This document shows positions 1-12,315 of a stretch of 64,000 nucleotides of DNA, in pieces. Under the pieces are notes generated by a model. That model saw only the letters and a list, made by a program, of their open reading frames with translations. It was not told the DNA's origin and made no database searches. Positions within the stretch are counted from its first letter, which is position 1, and each line of letters starts with the position of its first letter. The stretch is from positions 235,478,001 through 235,542,000 of the forward strand of contig NC_086097.1 in assembly GCF_963921235.1 (NCBI RefSeq). Reading direction: 5' to 3'. The DNA is from Mobula hypostoma (lineage: Eukaryota). A program made the position numbers and the translations under genes.

Positions 1-199
1 GCACAACACACTTGCAATAGTAGTAACATTGACAAAAGAAACAATATAGATCTCAGTTTCACTGGTCTCAGTGTTGCCTGCAATTGTGTCTTTGACCACC
101 TGTTCTTTATTAGAAAGGAAAAGCAAATTTTATATAATATATTGTGCCTTACTGATACTAGGCTCCTGTATGTTCTTCGACATTGATCACTGAGTTTCC

Positions 200-405
200 A
201 ATAGTGGTGACACACGAGCTCAACTAGAAGAGTCACCTAGTCTGGGTTCAATTCTTGCCCGAGATGTTGCTTGCTTGGAGTTTGCACATTATACAACATA
301 TAGCTTTCTTCCTACTTTTCAAGGATGTGTATAGGTTAATTGACCACTGTAAATTGCCTTTAGTGTGTAGTTGGGTGATATAGGCCTAGGGTAACTGGGT
401 GTTTA
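200..405 (+). mobile_element. Degenerate tRNA-derived V-domain SINE
   Basis: B-box-like GGTTCAATTC, then GGAGTTTGCACATT...AGGTTAATTGACCACTGTAAATTG, resembling the better copy at 53485. Confidence 0.55.
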
Positions 406-423
406 ATGACGTTTGTTTCTCTC

Positions 424-770
424 CATAAGATGATGAGAGGCATTGATCGTGTGGATAGTCAGAGGCTTTTTCCCAGGGCTGAAATGGCTGCCACAAGAGG
501 GCAGAGGTTTAAGGTGCTTGGGAGTACATACAGAGGAGATGTCAGGGGTAAGTATTTTTATGAAGAGAGTGGTGAGTGCTGGGAATGGGTGCCGGCGACG
601 GTGGTGGAGGCAGACACAATAGGATCTTTTAAGAGACTTTTGGATAGGTACATGGAGCTTAGAAAAATAGAGGGCTATGGGTAACCCTAGTAATTTCTAA
701 GGTAGGAACATTTTCGGCACAACTTTGTGGGCTGAAGGACGTGTATTGTGCTATAGGTTTTCAATGTTTG
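424..770 (+). mobile_element. CR1 LINE 3' fragment
   Basis: KMMRGIDRVDSQRLFPRAE...TRGQRFKV...FKRLLDRYM, the CR1 ORF2 C-terminus, plus 3'UTR. Confidence 0.9.
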
Positions 771-886
771 TAAATTAAAGACAAAGATGACCCTGTATCC
801 AGCTCAGTTTTCAGTACTACACCAGTCACATCTGTTGTGATCCAGATTTTGTGATCTGCTTTAGAAATGCTATGTAGTTCTAGGCA

Positions 887-1600
887 TGAATCAGAATCAT
901 GTTTATTATCACCGGCATGTGACAGGAAATTTGTTAACTTAGCAGCAGCAGTTCAATGCAATACATAATGTAGAAGAAAAAAATAAAATAATAAGTAAAT
1001 CAATTACAGTATGCATATATTGAATAGATAAAAAATTATGCAAAAATACCCCAGAAGTAATATACATCAAAGAACTGAGGTAGTGTTCACGGGTTCAATA
1101 CCTATTTAGGAATTGGATGGCAGAGGGAAAGAAGCTGTTCCTGAATCGCTTAGTGTGAGCCTTCAGGCTTCTGTACCTCCCACCTGATGGTAACAGTGAG
1201 AAAAGGGCATGTCCTGGGTGCTGGAGGACCTTAATAATGGACGTTATCCTTCTGAAACACCGCCCCTTGAAGATATCCTGGGTACCTTGTAGGCTGGTAC
1301 CCAAGATGGAGCCGACTAAATTTACAACCCTCTGCAGCTCCTTTCAGTCCTGTGCCGTAGCACCCCCCGCATACCGGACAGTGATGCAGCCTGTCAGAAT
1401 GCTCTCCATGGTATATCTATAGAAGTTTTTGAGTGTATTTGTTGACATACCAAATCTCTTCAAACTCCTGATGAAGTATAGTTACTGTTTTGCTGCCTTT
1501 ATAACTGTTTTGATATGTTGGGACCAGGTTAGGTCCTCAGAGATCTTGACACCTAGGAACTTGAAACTGTTCACTCTCTCCACTTCTGATCCCTCATGAT
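887..1600 (-). mobile_element. Rex1/Babar-like LINE 3' fragment
   Basis: VERVNSFKFLGVKISEDLTWSQH and HPGHALFSLLPSGGRYRSLKAHTKRFRNSFFPSAIQFLN; (TGATTC)n tail. Confidence 0.85.
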
Positions 1601-1611
1601 AGCTCACCTTT

Positions 1612-2320
1612 GTTAGACTCTGACTGTCCGAAGATAGAGAAGATGGCGGCGTTACACAGCTCGCAGCAGCCACTCCAGTGGTGATGTCTGTTATTTGTCA
1701 AGTAGGGTGCCGTGCACAATCCTGATTTGATGGAGACAGACATCAGAGTATGGAGGAACATCTGGTGAAACTTCTGAAATGCCTGTTTCGCTGCTGCTGC
1801 TACTGTGTGGTCCAGAATCTCCGGAGGGGAAGGCCCCGAGTCCTCGGCTTTGCTTGTTGCTCAGCGGCCGGGGTGGAGTCGAAGTGCTTGGCAGAGGATG
1901 GTGGTGCTCGGAGAGGCTGTGTCGGAGGGGCTGGTCGGAGGCTCGAAGATTTTGGACGGACTCAGAGTCCGTTGCGATCGGGTGCTTCCAATGGTGCTGC
2001 ATCGGCAAGTTTGCGGCGCTTGGAGGTTCATGGCGGGGAGAGTTCCTCCCTTCTACCGTCTGCGTGAGATGATGAGGCTATCGGAACTTTGAGACTTTTT
2101 TTTAACCGTGCCCATGGTCTGTTCTTTTTCAAATTATAGTATTGCTTTGCACTGTTGTAACTATATGTTATAATTATGTGGTTTTGTAAGTTTTAGTCTT
2201 GGTTTGTCCTGTGTTTTCTTGTGATATCATTCTGGAGGAATGCTGTATCATATTTTATGCATGCATTTCTAAATGACAATAAACAGGGACTGAGTATCCT
2301 CATAATCTAATCATCTAATT
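1612..2320 (+). mobile_element. Non-coding, non-autonomous retroposon (GC-rich body, AATAAA and short tandem tail)
   Basis: Homologous copy in reverse orientation at 48420-48997; ends AATAAACAGGGACTGAG...ATAATCTAATCATCTAAT. Confidence 0.65.
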
Positions 2321-2324
2321 CAGT

Positions 2325-3446
2325 TTCACATTCAGTCACTTTTTGCATTTGTTTTCTTCTGTGTTTGAAAAGTTTTATTCAGATTTTTCTTTGGTTGTGC
2401 TTTTTGTCTGACTTGCACTCTCTCTATGTAGCCTTGTCTGTGACACTTACTGCAAACCTTTTATTTGATCCAACAGTCATTTGCATCATGGGTGGATTTG
2501 CCACATCAATAACATTTTTTGGCTTTTTGCACCATTCAGTGACATTATGTGCATTCACCTTCTAAATTCTTTCTAGTTCTGATACATCCTTTTCTGCTGT
2601 CTCCAATGATATTGTAATGGTCAATGCCCATTCTAAGGCAAGGTCTCTTTCTGACAGTAGCCTCTTTCGAGTGCTTAGTCTTGCATGTCCATGAATGCAT
2701 CAGAGACTCCATCTCCAATGCTACAGTATTGGGAAAGTTTGGGCAGTTCTGCAGTGTATTCAGAAATGCTTTCATTCTTTAACTGGTTCCTTTTGTGAAA
2801 GCAAAATCACTCAGATATTTCTAGCTGTTTAGGGTTCAAGTGATTTTGTAAAATAGCAACAATTTTGTCAAAAATCTTCCTTGTTGGCTTTTCAGGAGTT
2901 ACTAAGTTGCGTACCTCTCAATATATGATTCCCAGTCCTCATTAGCACTACTAAAGTTAATCAGCTTTCCCAACTAAGGCCATTGTCATGTTATTTTCAC
3001 TTTAACTTTGCTAGTTGTACATCTTTCACTGTGAACAGTGCACTATTACTCACGCATCCCTTTGTTTGTGTCCGTGATGTCCTTGTCTACACTGATTCAT
3101 TCTTTCCTCTGGCTGTTTCTCTCCCTTCCTCCGAATTCGGTTGTCTCGCAACTGTTGGTGCTGTCGGTGATATTCGCTGACATTCAGGTTCATACTCACC
3201 ACCAATTTGTTGTGCTTGTACAACTACATATCAATTGCATAAAAGAACGCACATGGAGGTGAGGTTAACTGCTGCATTCACTTTGCAGAGAGCAACAGAT
3301 CAATGCGCATGGGTAAGTAGTGCTAAGGGGGATTATTATGCAAAAAGAAATAGATCCATCCTTTACAGTACATATATTGTATGTCACCATCTAGGGTTTC
3401 ATTTTCTTTTATTCATACTCAATAAATACATACTAGAATAATAACA
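2325..3446 (-). mobile_element. Ty3/Gypsy remnant: 5' LTR (3208-3446), PBS-like site and decayed gag
   Basis: LTR bounded TGTT...AACA, then aat-TGGTGGTGAG; gag start MALVGK..ANEDWESYIER; zinc knuckles CY*CGKSTHDANDC and CSKCHRQGY at about 2420-2520. Confidence 0.75.
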
Positions 3447-3799
3447 ATCTTAGAATCAATGAATGTAGAGGATTTTGGCCAGCTCCGATCTGGTGAAGAC
3501 TATAGACTTGTGTACCTATTACTTAAGGCCTGGATCAGCAGAAAATTGTGGAGCTGACCTCTGCCTTACTGCTGTAGACATAAGATTATGTGATGTTACT
3601 CTCCAGCTTGCAGCTGTACACCACGAGGCCACGTGACTTGGGTGCTTTATCCCCTCGCTTGATTAGAACAATACCAAATAAGGAAATGTTGAACAAACCA
3701 TACCCGTTAGAATCAACCATAAAAAGGGTGCGTGTACTGATTGTAAGTGGAACTGTTGCTCTCCAGAGGGATGCCTCCCCGGATCAGATAAATCCTGAA

Positions 3800-4300
3800 T
3801 ACCTGGGTCTGAGTGGGAAAGGAAATTCCCTGACAACGACAGACCACACCAAACTGAGTGTTCAACAAGTTTGCAAAAGACAACAAACTACGCAAATACA
3901 AAAGAAAAACAAAAAACAATAGAGAACATGAGAAGAATGCTTGAACGCGAGTCCATAGGTAGTGGAAACATTTCAGTGGTGGGGCGAGTGAAGATGAGTG
4001 AAGTTATCCCCTTTGTTTCAAGAGCCTGATGATTGAGGGGGAGTAACTGTTCTGGAACCTGGTAGCGTGAGTACTGAGGCTCCTGCAACTTCTTGTTGGC
4101 AACAGAAGAAGGGAGCATGACATGGGTGTTAGACGTCACTGTTGATGGATGCCGCTTTCCTGTGATAACATTTCATGTAGATATACTCAATGGTGGGGAG
4201 GGCTTTACCTGTGATGGACTGAGCCATATTTACCCCTTTTTGCAAGTTTCTTTTCCACTTAAGGTCATTGGTATTTCCATATCAGACTGTGATCATGTGC
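3800..4300 (-). mobile_element. Rex1/Babar-like 3' fragment, decayed
   Basis: Homologous to 887-1600 (CAGGTTCCAGAACAGTTACTCCCCCTCAATCATCAGGCTCTTGAA). Confidence 0.7.
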
Positions 4301-6459
4301 GGGCAGAAGAAATTTAGATTAATTTGGCATGATGTTCAATGCATGTGACATATTTGTCTGATTTTCTATGTTCCTTCCATTAGAAGAGGATACAGTAGAA
4401 TGTTTTCCCCTGGCACAATCATCTGACTCGAGATTTCCAAACACTCTCCTGAGAATTGCACACTTTTCATTTGGTTGAACAATTATTCAAACAAAAATCA
4501 CTATCACAGCCAAGAGTTCCACAACACACAAGTTAATATTCCAAAACCTCTGTGCTCAGGGCCATGATAAATGTTGCTCAACATTAGAATGTCTCCAAGA
4601 GCTATTTGGATGCATTTGAGGCAGATGTGGATTGTTTATGCCATCAAACAGTATTAAGGCAATGAACTTAGAATTACCTTAAAAAAACTAGACTATGTCA
4701 AACAGTAACAAGATCAGAAGGATTAACAATGTTTTTGAGTGACATGCTGAAATTTGTCTTCTATAATTCCTAATCCTTTATATCATTTGTTCTCTGAAGC
4801 CTTTAATATCTCTCATACTTGCTACTGTACTGAACTGTTTGCTACCAATTTAATTGCTTCCCTGTGTACACATGAATATGAGGAATCATCAAAGTTGTGA
4901 CATATGTATTAGGATCATATTTAATATTTATTTTTCACAGATCACTAATAACCAAATTTCCATGGCAGCTGCCCACATTTCCCCAGTGCAACCTGAAGTG
5001 GAAACATCAGGAACTGCTTCTGCCTAGAATGGCACAGATCAAGGAGAATGCTTCTCTTTTGAAGAACATATCATTTTATTTGGAATACAATATCAGCAGA
5101 GTTCTTGTCGGCTGAGTTCTCAGTCTACAGAGAGACGTGTAGGCAATTCCTCCAAAGTTTCCGACGCTATTTTTTAAAGTTTCAATTTTTCTTCCGTGGA
5201 AGTTCTGACAGAAAAAGCAATGAAAGATTGATGCTTGGAGCATGGCACCACTGACGTTTAAACAATTCATGATGTTGGTCACAACACAACTGGGATAAAC
5301 ATTGAATTCAGCTTTTTTTGATATTTAGTCTTGTATCTCACATTTCAGCTTATTGTTATTTTTCTCTTCCCTATCTTCTCTAATTTTCAAATTTTTTTAT
5401 TTCTCTCCTCCTACTTACACCTTTCCCACATTTATCTTTTGATGTTCAGTCACCTGATTTCCTGACACAGGAAAATAGAAGTTGTCCACCAGGATCCTTT
5501 GAGATGATCCCACTGAGCAGTCTCATCATGTCAGATCTACACCAGGACTTAGCTTCTGCTGTGCCAGATGTCCATATTCCTCAAATCGCTGGCCTTTCAA
5601 AAAAATTTAACTCTACTTATTCTGCACTCGCTCAAGAGTTTCCCCATTTTCCAAAGCTAGGCAGATAGATAGACTCCAGTCCCAGCGCAGTTGTAGCTTG
5701 AAGGTGGTTTTATTATTCACTGATGCGTTACAATACAAAGCAGCTGAGTAAGAAGACTTCCCATGAAAAATAGATTCAAATATTGATTAAAATTCTTTTG
5801 ACTTCCAACAAAGTGCTTCTAATAGCAATCAGATTAAGCATACAAACGATATAAAAAAGGGCCAAACTAATGACAAAACTAATTGCTTAACAACACAATA
5901 AAAAGTAATCAACAGATGTGAACTTAGATTTAAGCAATAAGATCTAGTAATTAGAAATAAAGTAACAAACCAAGTTAGGAAGGACAATGCATTACTAATG
6001 ACGAAGCAGCACACTCCCACTGCTAATTTTTTTCCCCTGATGTTTGTCTAAATTCTGATAGAAGATTTAGTCCTAGATTTCATTACACCTCGATTCAAGT
6101 ATGTCACTTACTCCTTCCTGATACCTATCCTTTTATTCCATTTTCCTTGAACCACTTTTTTCCGTTAATCTGAATCATTAATTCTGTTTATGCCTCACCA
6201 ACTGAGTATTTCCACCATTTTCTGCTTTTATATCACATTTCTATCACCTACATTATTTTCCCTTTGATCTCAGTTTTCTTTTCTGTTTTGGTTTAATCTG
6301 GAGGCTAATGACTAATGTCCTGTAGAACAAGCCAGATGAGTCACTAGAAAATTAACAACATGAGTACAACTAAATCAATGAGTTATTCTGTTTGCCAATG
6401 TTCACCATTGAATACATTGGACATATTTGATGAAAATAGTAATAGGAGAAAGTAACGAC

Positions 6460-7225
6460 TTCGAATATTGTGTTAATTTCTGGTCGCCTCATTATGGGAA
6501 GGATGTAAAAGTTTTAGAGAGGCTCTAGAGGAGATTTACCAGGATGCTGCCTGGATTAGAAAGCAAGTTTTATGAGCAAGTTAGGGTTTTTCTCAATGGC
6601 GCAAAGGAGGATGAGATGTGACTTGAAAAAGGTATATGTGAAGGTTTGTAGTTCAAACTAATTAAACTAATTCCAAAGAAGACACAAGAGCTTGGGAATA
6701 TGGGTGTATCTTAGTCTTTATTTTAAGCAAGGCATGCCTGGTATCACATGATGATGTACGCAATTCACATTCTTACATATAACCTGTAATTATTTAAATA
6801 TACATGAACGTTTAATCAACCAATATATGTACAAGATTACTTAATTATTGAAATATTAAATACACAATTATGTACAAGGTGATAAGAGGCATTGACTGAA
6901 TGGATAGCCAGAGACTTATTTCCAAAGATAGAAATGGCTAATATGAGGGGACATAACTTTAAGGTGATTGGAGCAAAGTATAGAGGGTTTCAGATGCAAG
7001 TTTTTTTTTTGAAAAACACAGTGAGTGGGGTTATGTGAAAACATCCTACCATGGGTGCTGTTAGAACTAGATACATTATGAGAATCTTAAAATAGGCACA
7101 CGGGTATTAGGAAAATGGAGGGCTATGTAGAGGAAGGCATAAATTGATCTTTGAGAAGATTAGAAGGTTGATACAACATCATGGGCCAAAGGACTTGTAT
7201 TGTGCTGTAGTGTTCTATGTTCTAT
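6460..7225 (+). mobile_element. CR1 3' fragment interrupted by a ~230-bp insertion
   Basis: EYCV*FWSPHYGKDV...FTRMLPGL, then a CR1 3'UTR ending TTCTATGTTCTAT. Confidence 0.85.
6637..6870. mobile_element. Probable solo LTR inside CR1
   Basis: Splits the CR1 at GGTATA|...|TGTACAAG; TGTG...CACA ends; AATAAA on the minus strand; TSD not clean. Confidence 0.45.
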
Positions 7226-7724
7226 TATGACTAACAGCAGTTCTTTCAGCACTTTCAGGAATAAAGTTCTTTTTAGATCTATTCTGAATTAATAACTATT
7301 TTTCAGGCATTGTCCAATCTATTACCTCTACTTTAATTTAGTTTTGTCTGAAATCACTATTTTCAATTTGTTCCACTAAGTAAAGAGTAAAATTTAAATC
7401 AATTTGAAGCATGATGTCTCTTTATCTACAGTATATACACACAGACACAATGAAATAGTTTTACTAAAATCAGCAATTTTATTTTTCCATGAAGATAACT
7501 CAAGGGGTAGGTATTAATAATAAATTAGAAATTCTGAGTAATTGAAATAAATTTATCTTAATGAACTATGAGCATATTAATCATTTTCATATTAACGCAA
7601 CCATTGTGGTTATTCTAACTTCACTATTTTGAAAGTACTGTAACAGTAATTCCTAGAATTTAAAAGTGTACATAGGAATTACATTGGTCCATTTATCTAA
7701 AGAATAATAGCACATCTTCAATAC

Positions 7725-8725
7725 AATTGCAAGAGTTGTAAATTCAGTCAGCTCTTCATGTGGTACTAGCCTCCATAGTATCCAGAACATCTTCAAGGAG
7801 TGATGCCTCAGAAAGGCTACGTCCAGCATTAACGCCCCCTTCCAGTCACCCAAGACATGCCCTCTTCATTGCTACCATCAAGGAGGAGGCACAGAAGCCT
7901 GAAGTCACACACTCAATGACTCAGGAACAGCTTTTTCTCCCTCTGCTATCAGATTTCTGAGCCTATGGACACTATCTCACTACTTATTTCCTATATTTTG
8001 CACGATGTAATTTAACTGATATAGTATATAATATACTTACTGCAATTCATTTTTTTCTGTATCATCTATTGCATTGTACTGCCGCTGCAAAGTTAACAAA
8101 TTATAACCATATAACAATTACAGCATGGAAACAGGCCATCTCAGCCCTTCTAGTCCATGCAGAACTCTTACTCTCACCTAGTCCCACCCACCTGCACTCA
8201 GCCCATAACACTCCATTCCTTTCCTGTCCATATATCTATCCAATTTAACTTTAAACGACAACATCGAACCTGCCTCAACCACTTCTGCTGGAAGCTCGTT
8301 CCACACAGCTACCACTCTCTGAGTAAAGAAGTTCCCCCTCATGTTACCCCTGAACTTTTGCCCTTTAACTCTCAATTCATGTCCTCTTGTTTGAATCTCC
8401 CCCATTCTCAATGGAAAAGGTCTATCCACGTCAACTCTATCTATCCCCCTCATAATTTTAAACACCTCTATCAAGTCCCCCCTCAACCTTCTATGTTCCA
8501 AAGAATAAAGACCCAACTTGTTCAACCTTTCTTTGTAACATAGGAGATGAAACTCAGGTAACATTTTAGTAAACCTCCTCTGTACTCTCTCAATTTTATT
8601 GACATCTTTCCTATAATTCGGTGACCAGAACTGTACACAATACTCCAAATTTGGCCTTACCAATGCCTTATACAATTTCAACATTACATCCCATGAGATA
8701 TGCCAGTGATATTAACATGATTGAT
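7725..8725 (+). mobile_element. Rex1/Babar 3' fragment split by a CR1 insertion
   Basis: HPRHALF motif; 3'UTR GTTAACAAATT|CATGAGATATGCCAGTGAT is contiguous in the copy near 63870. Confidence 0.8.
8103..8692 (-). mobile_element. CR1 3' fragment (open 168 aa)
   Basis: LYKALVRPNLEYCVQFWSP...RGDLIEVFKIMRG...FFTQRVV; (TATGGTTA) tail. Confidence 0.95.
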
Positions 8726-9415
8726 TTATTTCATGGTAAATATTAATTATATCAATATTTTCTTATCTGTAGTCCTTAAGTAGAGATCAATTTCATTTGA
8801 ACTGATTGAAATCTAGTGAAAACTACAAAATAATAGAGTACACAAGGCTCTTTATCTAGATCTATTCTTTGTGGGATTTTATTTACGAATGGGTTCAGTT
8901 TTTGCACCAAATTCAAAGTCTGGATCAATACCAGTAAGTAGTAATTATTACACATGTCTTGTCATTTCTCAAAGAGGGCAGCTTTTCTTTAATGCAATCG
9001 TTTATGGCCATTTGTGCATAAATGTTTGTGATTAAGTGTTATTTTTCACTTTGCAAATGCAGAAATAAATGCTTTCTTGACATTTTGGTGGGTGTTTAAT
9101 ATTTTCTTTGTTCATGATTTATAATCTTCATTGTTTTAAATTACTTGCCGGGTTTAAATATCTAGATGGATAATGACTATGCCATGATGAAAAATGGTAA
9201 CATTAATAGAATTTCAGCTGAGCGAATGTTTTCAGATTTTATTCCCTCCTCACCTTCTGCACTATTACCAACATTGTTGCAGAACTACAGTGAACGACTT
9301 CACATTAACTTTTATATTAGTGTGCTGTCACCCAAATCTGACTTGTGACACTTTTGATTGATAAGCTTGTGTTGGAGGCTTAAGCTACACTGGGGTTTTC
9401 CTTCTTTTCTTCCAG

Positions 9416-9442
9416 AGCAATACATATACTTCTTGGGAAGAG
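9416..9442 (+). other. Candidate 27-nt frame-preserving microexon of an unidentified host gene
   Basis: TTTTCCTTCTTTTCTTCCAG | AGCAATACATATACTTCTTGGGAAGAG | GTATGT; no stop in any frame; lies in non-repetitive sequence. Confidence 0.55.
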
Positions 9443-9809
9443 GTATGTATGCAGCCCCTGCTTTGGGACTCCCCCCAATCTTTTTGTCACTGTTTCCTTG
9501 GTGATATCATTTGTCCCATTTTCTATTTCCTCCTCATTTACGTTTGCTAACAGCCCTGTCTCTACTGACTGGGAACTTGCGATTGATGAGGGCTAGGGAC
9601 AAGTAAAAGCAACTTTAAAGAACAAAGCAGAAATATTTCAAAACTTTTCACATTTTCAATACTTTTTCCCTAAATTATTTTTCTTTCAGCTAACTTATCA
9701 AATTCCTTTGCCTTTGAAACCTGTACTTTGTTGATACATTTTACAGAAATGTCCTTGTGACATTTTTGAATACATTTCTCTGCCTGAAATAAGAAAAAGG
9801 CAGTTTATT

Positions 9810-10062
9810 TTTGCTTTATTTTATATAGAGCTACAGCATGGCAACAGGTCCTACTCGCTCGAACAGCCTGTGCTGCCCATTTACACCATGTGATGAATTA
9901 ACCTCCTGACCTGTACATCTTTGGAATAAGGGAAGAAACTGGAGCACGTGGACAAAAACACCATCATTGTGAAGAGAACTTGCAAGTTCTTTGCAGACAG
10001 CGGCAGAATTGAACCCAGTCCACTACCACTGTAACAGCATTACACCAACTGGTACACTACTG
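9810..10062 (-). mobile_element. tRNA-derived V-domain SINE
   Basis: Minus strand GGGTTCAATTCTGCCGCTGTCTG...GTGCTCCAGTTTCTTCCC...AGGTTAATT. Confidence 0.7.
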
Positions 10063-10249
10063 TGTCATTGAATCTAATGTTTTTGAGACAACCCTCAGAG
10101 GTAATGAATGCCTTGTCATCTTGTGGCAAACTGCATCTTCCTTCTCTGATGTGGGGCTGCCACTGGTTTTCAAACTTACTGTTACCAAATGAGCTGCAAT
10201 GCATCTGAAAATAAGCAAATTATATGTGGTCCTCTTGGAGATTCCAAAA

Positions 10250-10515
10250 CCCTGTGGATTGGAGGCTTGTGTGCCTCATTGACCCGGAGAGCTATGCCGG
10301 CTGGCATCAGGGCTTTATGCTTTGGCTCTTGGTGGGGTCACCCATGCCAAACAGGTCAAAGGGTAAAGGCCAGACTAAGGGTGCTCCACCAGGTTCGTGA
10401 GTTCAGCTCAGGGGCAACAATCCTGACTGGTAAACCAAAATTGTTATGGAAAAGCTTCTGCATTTGAGCAGCCAAGGACAGACAGAGATAGAGGACCTTC
10501 ATTGCTGCCCTAAAA
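10250..10515 (+). mobile_element. RTE(Expander/Rex3)-like 5'UTR joined to an RTE-like 3' end; non-autonomous derivative
   Basis: GGAGGCTTGTGTGCCTCATTGACCC...GGGTCACCCATGCCAAACAGGTCAAAGGG...CCAGACTAAG; tail GGACCTTCATTGCTGCCCT. Confidence 0.5.
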
Positions 10516-10532
10516 AATTACAGGCAGTCTAA

Positions 10533-11296
10533 TAGAAACATAGAAACATATAAAATAGGTGCAGGAGTAGGCAAATTCGGCCCTTCGAGCCTGCACCACC
10601 ATTCAGTACGATCATGGCTGATCATCCAGCTTAGAACCCTGTACCAGCCTTCCCTCCATACCCCCTGATCCCTTTAGCCACAAGGGCCATATCTAAAAAA
10701 TAAATATAGCCAATGAACTGGCCTCAACTGTTTCCTGTGGCAGAGAATTCCACAGATTCACCACTCTCTGTGTGAAGAAGTTTTTCCTCATCTCAGTCCT
10801 AAAAGGCTTCCCCTTTATCCTCAAACTGTGACCCCTCGTTCTGGACTTCCCCAACATCGGGAACAATCTTCCTGCATCTAGCCTGTCCAATCCCTTTAGA
10901 ATTTTATACGTTTCAATAAGAACCCCCTCAATTTTCTAAATTCCAGAGAGTATAAGCCTAGTCGATCCAGTCTTTCATCATATGAAAGTCCTGCCATCCC
11001 AGGAATCAATCTGGTGAACCTTCTTTGTACTCCTTCTATGGCAAGAATGTCATTCCTCAGAATAGAGGACCAAAACTGCCCACAATACTCCAGGTGTGGT
11101 CTCACCAAGGCCTTGTATAAATGCAGTAGTACCTCCCTGCTCCTGTACTCGAATCCTCTTGCTATGAATGCCAGCATACCATTCGCCTTTTTCACCGCCT
11201 GCTGTACCTGCATGCCCACTTTCAATGACTGGTGTACAATGCACCCAGGTCTCGTTGCATCTCCCCTTTTCCTAATCGGCCACCATTCAGATAATA
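10533..11296 (-). mobile_element. CR1 3' fragment, copy A
   Basis: KKANGMLAFIARGFEYRS...RTRGHSLRIKGKPF; (CTATGTTT)n tail. Confidence 0.95.
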
Positions 11297-11553
11297 ACAA
11301 CAGGAATTCTGCAGATGCTGGAAATTCAAGCAACACACATCAGAGTTGCTAGTGAATGCAGCAGGCCAGGCAGCATCTCTAGGAAGAGGTACAGTCGACA
11401 TTTCGGGCCAAGACCCTTCATCAGGACTAACAGAAGGAAGAGTTAGTAAGAGATTTGAAAGTGGGAGGGGGAGGGGGAGATCCAAAATGATAGGAGAAGA
11501 CAGGAGGGGGAGGGATGGAGCCAAGAGCTGGACAGGTGATTGGCAAAGGGGAT
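11297..11553 (-). mobile_element. Penelope-like element terminal (pLTR) fragment
   Basis: Pyrimidine-rich tract, hammerhead motif, then GATGCTGCCTGGCCTGCTG...CAGCATCTGCAG; relatives at 26205, 51020, 56440 and 62208. Confidence 0.8.
11392..11429 (-). ncRNA. Minimal type I hammerhead ribozyme motif
   Basis: UAGUC-CUGAUGA-A-GGGU(CUUG)GCCC-GAAA-UGUC^GACUG: both core boxes, stem II, stem I UAGUC/GACUG and a GUC triplet; no intramolecular stem III. Confidence 0.75.
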
Positions 11554-12315
11554 ATAGAAACATAGAAACATAGAAAATAGGTGTAGGAGTAGGCCATTCG
11601 GCCCTTCGAGCCTGCACCGCCATTTATTATGATCATGGCTGATCATCCAACTCAGAACCCAGCCTTCCCTCCATACCCCCTGACCCCTGTAGCCACAAGG
11701 GCCATATCTAACTTCCTTTTAAACATAGCTAATGAACTGGCCTCAACAGTTTGCTGTGGCAGAGAATTCCACAGATTCACCACTCTCTGTGTGAAGAAGT
11801 TTTTCCTCATCTCAGTCCTAAAAGGCTTCCCCTTTATCCTCAAACTGTGACCCCTCGTTCTGGACTTCCCCAACATCGGGAACAATCTTCCTGCATCTAG
11901 CCTGTCCAATCCCTTTAGAATTTTATACGTTTCAATAAGAACCCCCTCAATTTTCTAAATTCCAGAGAGTATAAGCCTAGTCGATCCAGTCTTTCATCAT
12001 ATGAAAGTCCTGCCATCCCAGGAATCAATCTGGTGAACCTTCTTTGTACTCCTTCTATGGCAAGAATGTCATTCCTCAGAATAGAGGACCAAAACTGCCC
12101 ACAATACTCCAGGTGTGGTCTCACCAAGGCCTTGTATAAATGCAGTAGTACCTCCCTGCTCCTGTACTCGAATCCTCTTGCTATGAATGCCAGCATACCA
12201 TTCGCCTTTTTCACCGCCTGCTGTACCTGCATGCCCACTTTCAATGACTGGTGTACAATGCACCCAGGTCTCGTTGCATCTCCCCTTTTCCTAATCGGCC
12301 ACCATTCAGATAATA
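11554..12315 (-). mobile_element. CR1 3' fragment, recombinant of copies A and B
   Basis: 11554-11753 carries copy-B variants; 11808-12315 carries copy-A variants. Confidence 0.9.

Noticed and set aside
1691..2092. Four overlapping ~100-aa ORFs
   Set aside because: GC-rich body of a repeated non-coding element, with no protein motif recognised.
4925..5145. Plus-strand exon after TTTTTCACAG
   Set aside because: Acceptor-like site only; no recognisable protein and no strong donor.
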